NCBI GenBank assembly: GCA_051530055.1
Contig: CM121341.1
Location: 744,001-808,000 of the forward strand
DNA: 64,000 bases
Direction: 5' to 3'
Source: Neoechinorhynchus agilis
Lineage: Eukaryota; Animalia; Acanthocephala
Under the pieces are notes generated by a model that saw nothing but the letters and a program-made list of their open reading frames with translations, did not search any database and had not been told where the DNA came from. This document shows, piece after piece, positions 63,350 through 64,000 of the stretch (positions are counted from its first letter, which is position 1; every line of letters begins with the position of its first letter). Made by a program: the position numbers and the translations under genes.

Positions 63350-64000
63350 GTTTAGGAAGGAGGCCACGAGTAATCTAGTAGATTATGGTTTGGAAGGAAA
63401 TTTTGAAAATGGGGAAGAAAATTTGGAGCTGGGAGGAAAATTCTGGGAGTGGTATCCGAAGCACGATCATGCTTTTCAAGAAGTACGAGAATCTTTAACG
63501 ACGACCCGAGTTCTAATAACATTTCACATGGGCAAACCGACGCAGCTATGGTATGATGCAAACGAGAAAGGTCGTGGAGCCGTATTGATGCAAGTTAAGC
63601 ACGATGGAAATCCGTAACCGGTCGCTTACGATTCAAGGACTCTTAAAGGACCAAATAAAAACTATTCACAAGTCGAAAAAGAAGGACTGGATATCATTTT
63701 CGCCGTACGAAGATTTCATCAATACTTGGTTGGACGGAAATTTCAGCTATGCAGAGACTATAAACAACTGAAGTATATTTGCGGAGTTAACCGGTTGGCT
63801 AAGATGACGAACCAACGTTTAATCCGTTGGGGTATCGAAATATCCCTCGTAGACATGAATTGCGGTTAGAGGACGGAGTAATCCTGGTGTTGCAGCGTCT
63901 GTTGGTCCCTCAATCATTGAAAAATAAAACACTTGATGTCTTGCATACAGAACACCCAGGAATATCGGCGACGGGGGATCTGGCGATATACTAGTGCTGG
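63350..64000 (+). mobile_element. Ty3/Gypsy RNase H and start of integrase, decayed; continues beyond window
   Basis: W...HDHAFQEVRESL...YDANEKGRGAVLMQ...PVAYDSRTL...NYSQVEKEGLDIIFAVRRFHQYLVGRKF, then LDVLHTEHPGIS. Confidence 0.85.

Overview
This is an AT-rich eukaryotic window, not a prokaryotic one. It has compact spliced genes with mostly ~40-55 nt GT-AG introns. A protostome-type troponin I and a peptide GPCR point to a small-genome invertebrate, probably a spiralian (inference; the species cannot be fixed from sequence alone). Host genes: 3' part of myosin VII (1-7994), troponin I, EXOC2/Sec5, an FMRFamide-type GPCR, an ASPP-like ankyrin protein, an NCS-family EF-hand protein, TAF3, UTP14, a KIF4-like kinesin, CCDC25 and PSMC6/Rpt4. 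Interspersed are CRE-like non-LTR fragments, a LINE and a Ty3/Gypsy relic, a tRNA-headed SINE, hairpin MITEs and several near-identical tandem arrays. Most notable: (1) a ~3.3 kb decayed rhabdovirus-like L-polymerase endogenous viral element that abuts the 3' end of a CRE retrotransposon, with one viral segment amplified into a six-copy 290-bp array; (2) a bacterial-type ParA homologue with an eroded Walker A and an intron-like interruption; (3) a Tc1/mariner relic with a TA duplication inside the conserved PYRD codons of the kinesin, which must be spliced out if the gene is functional; (4) repeated splice-acceptor-like AGs just before start codons plus a 108-bp UTP14-TAF3 gap, suggesting trans-splicing and operons; (5) an ASPP-like protein with a signal-peptide-like N-terminus. 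All homologies were recognised by eye from remembered family motifs. No database search was run, and coordinates of relic elements are approximate.
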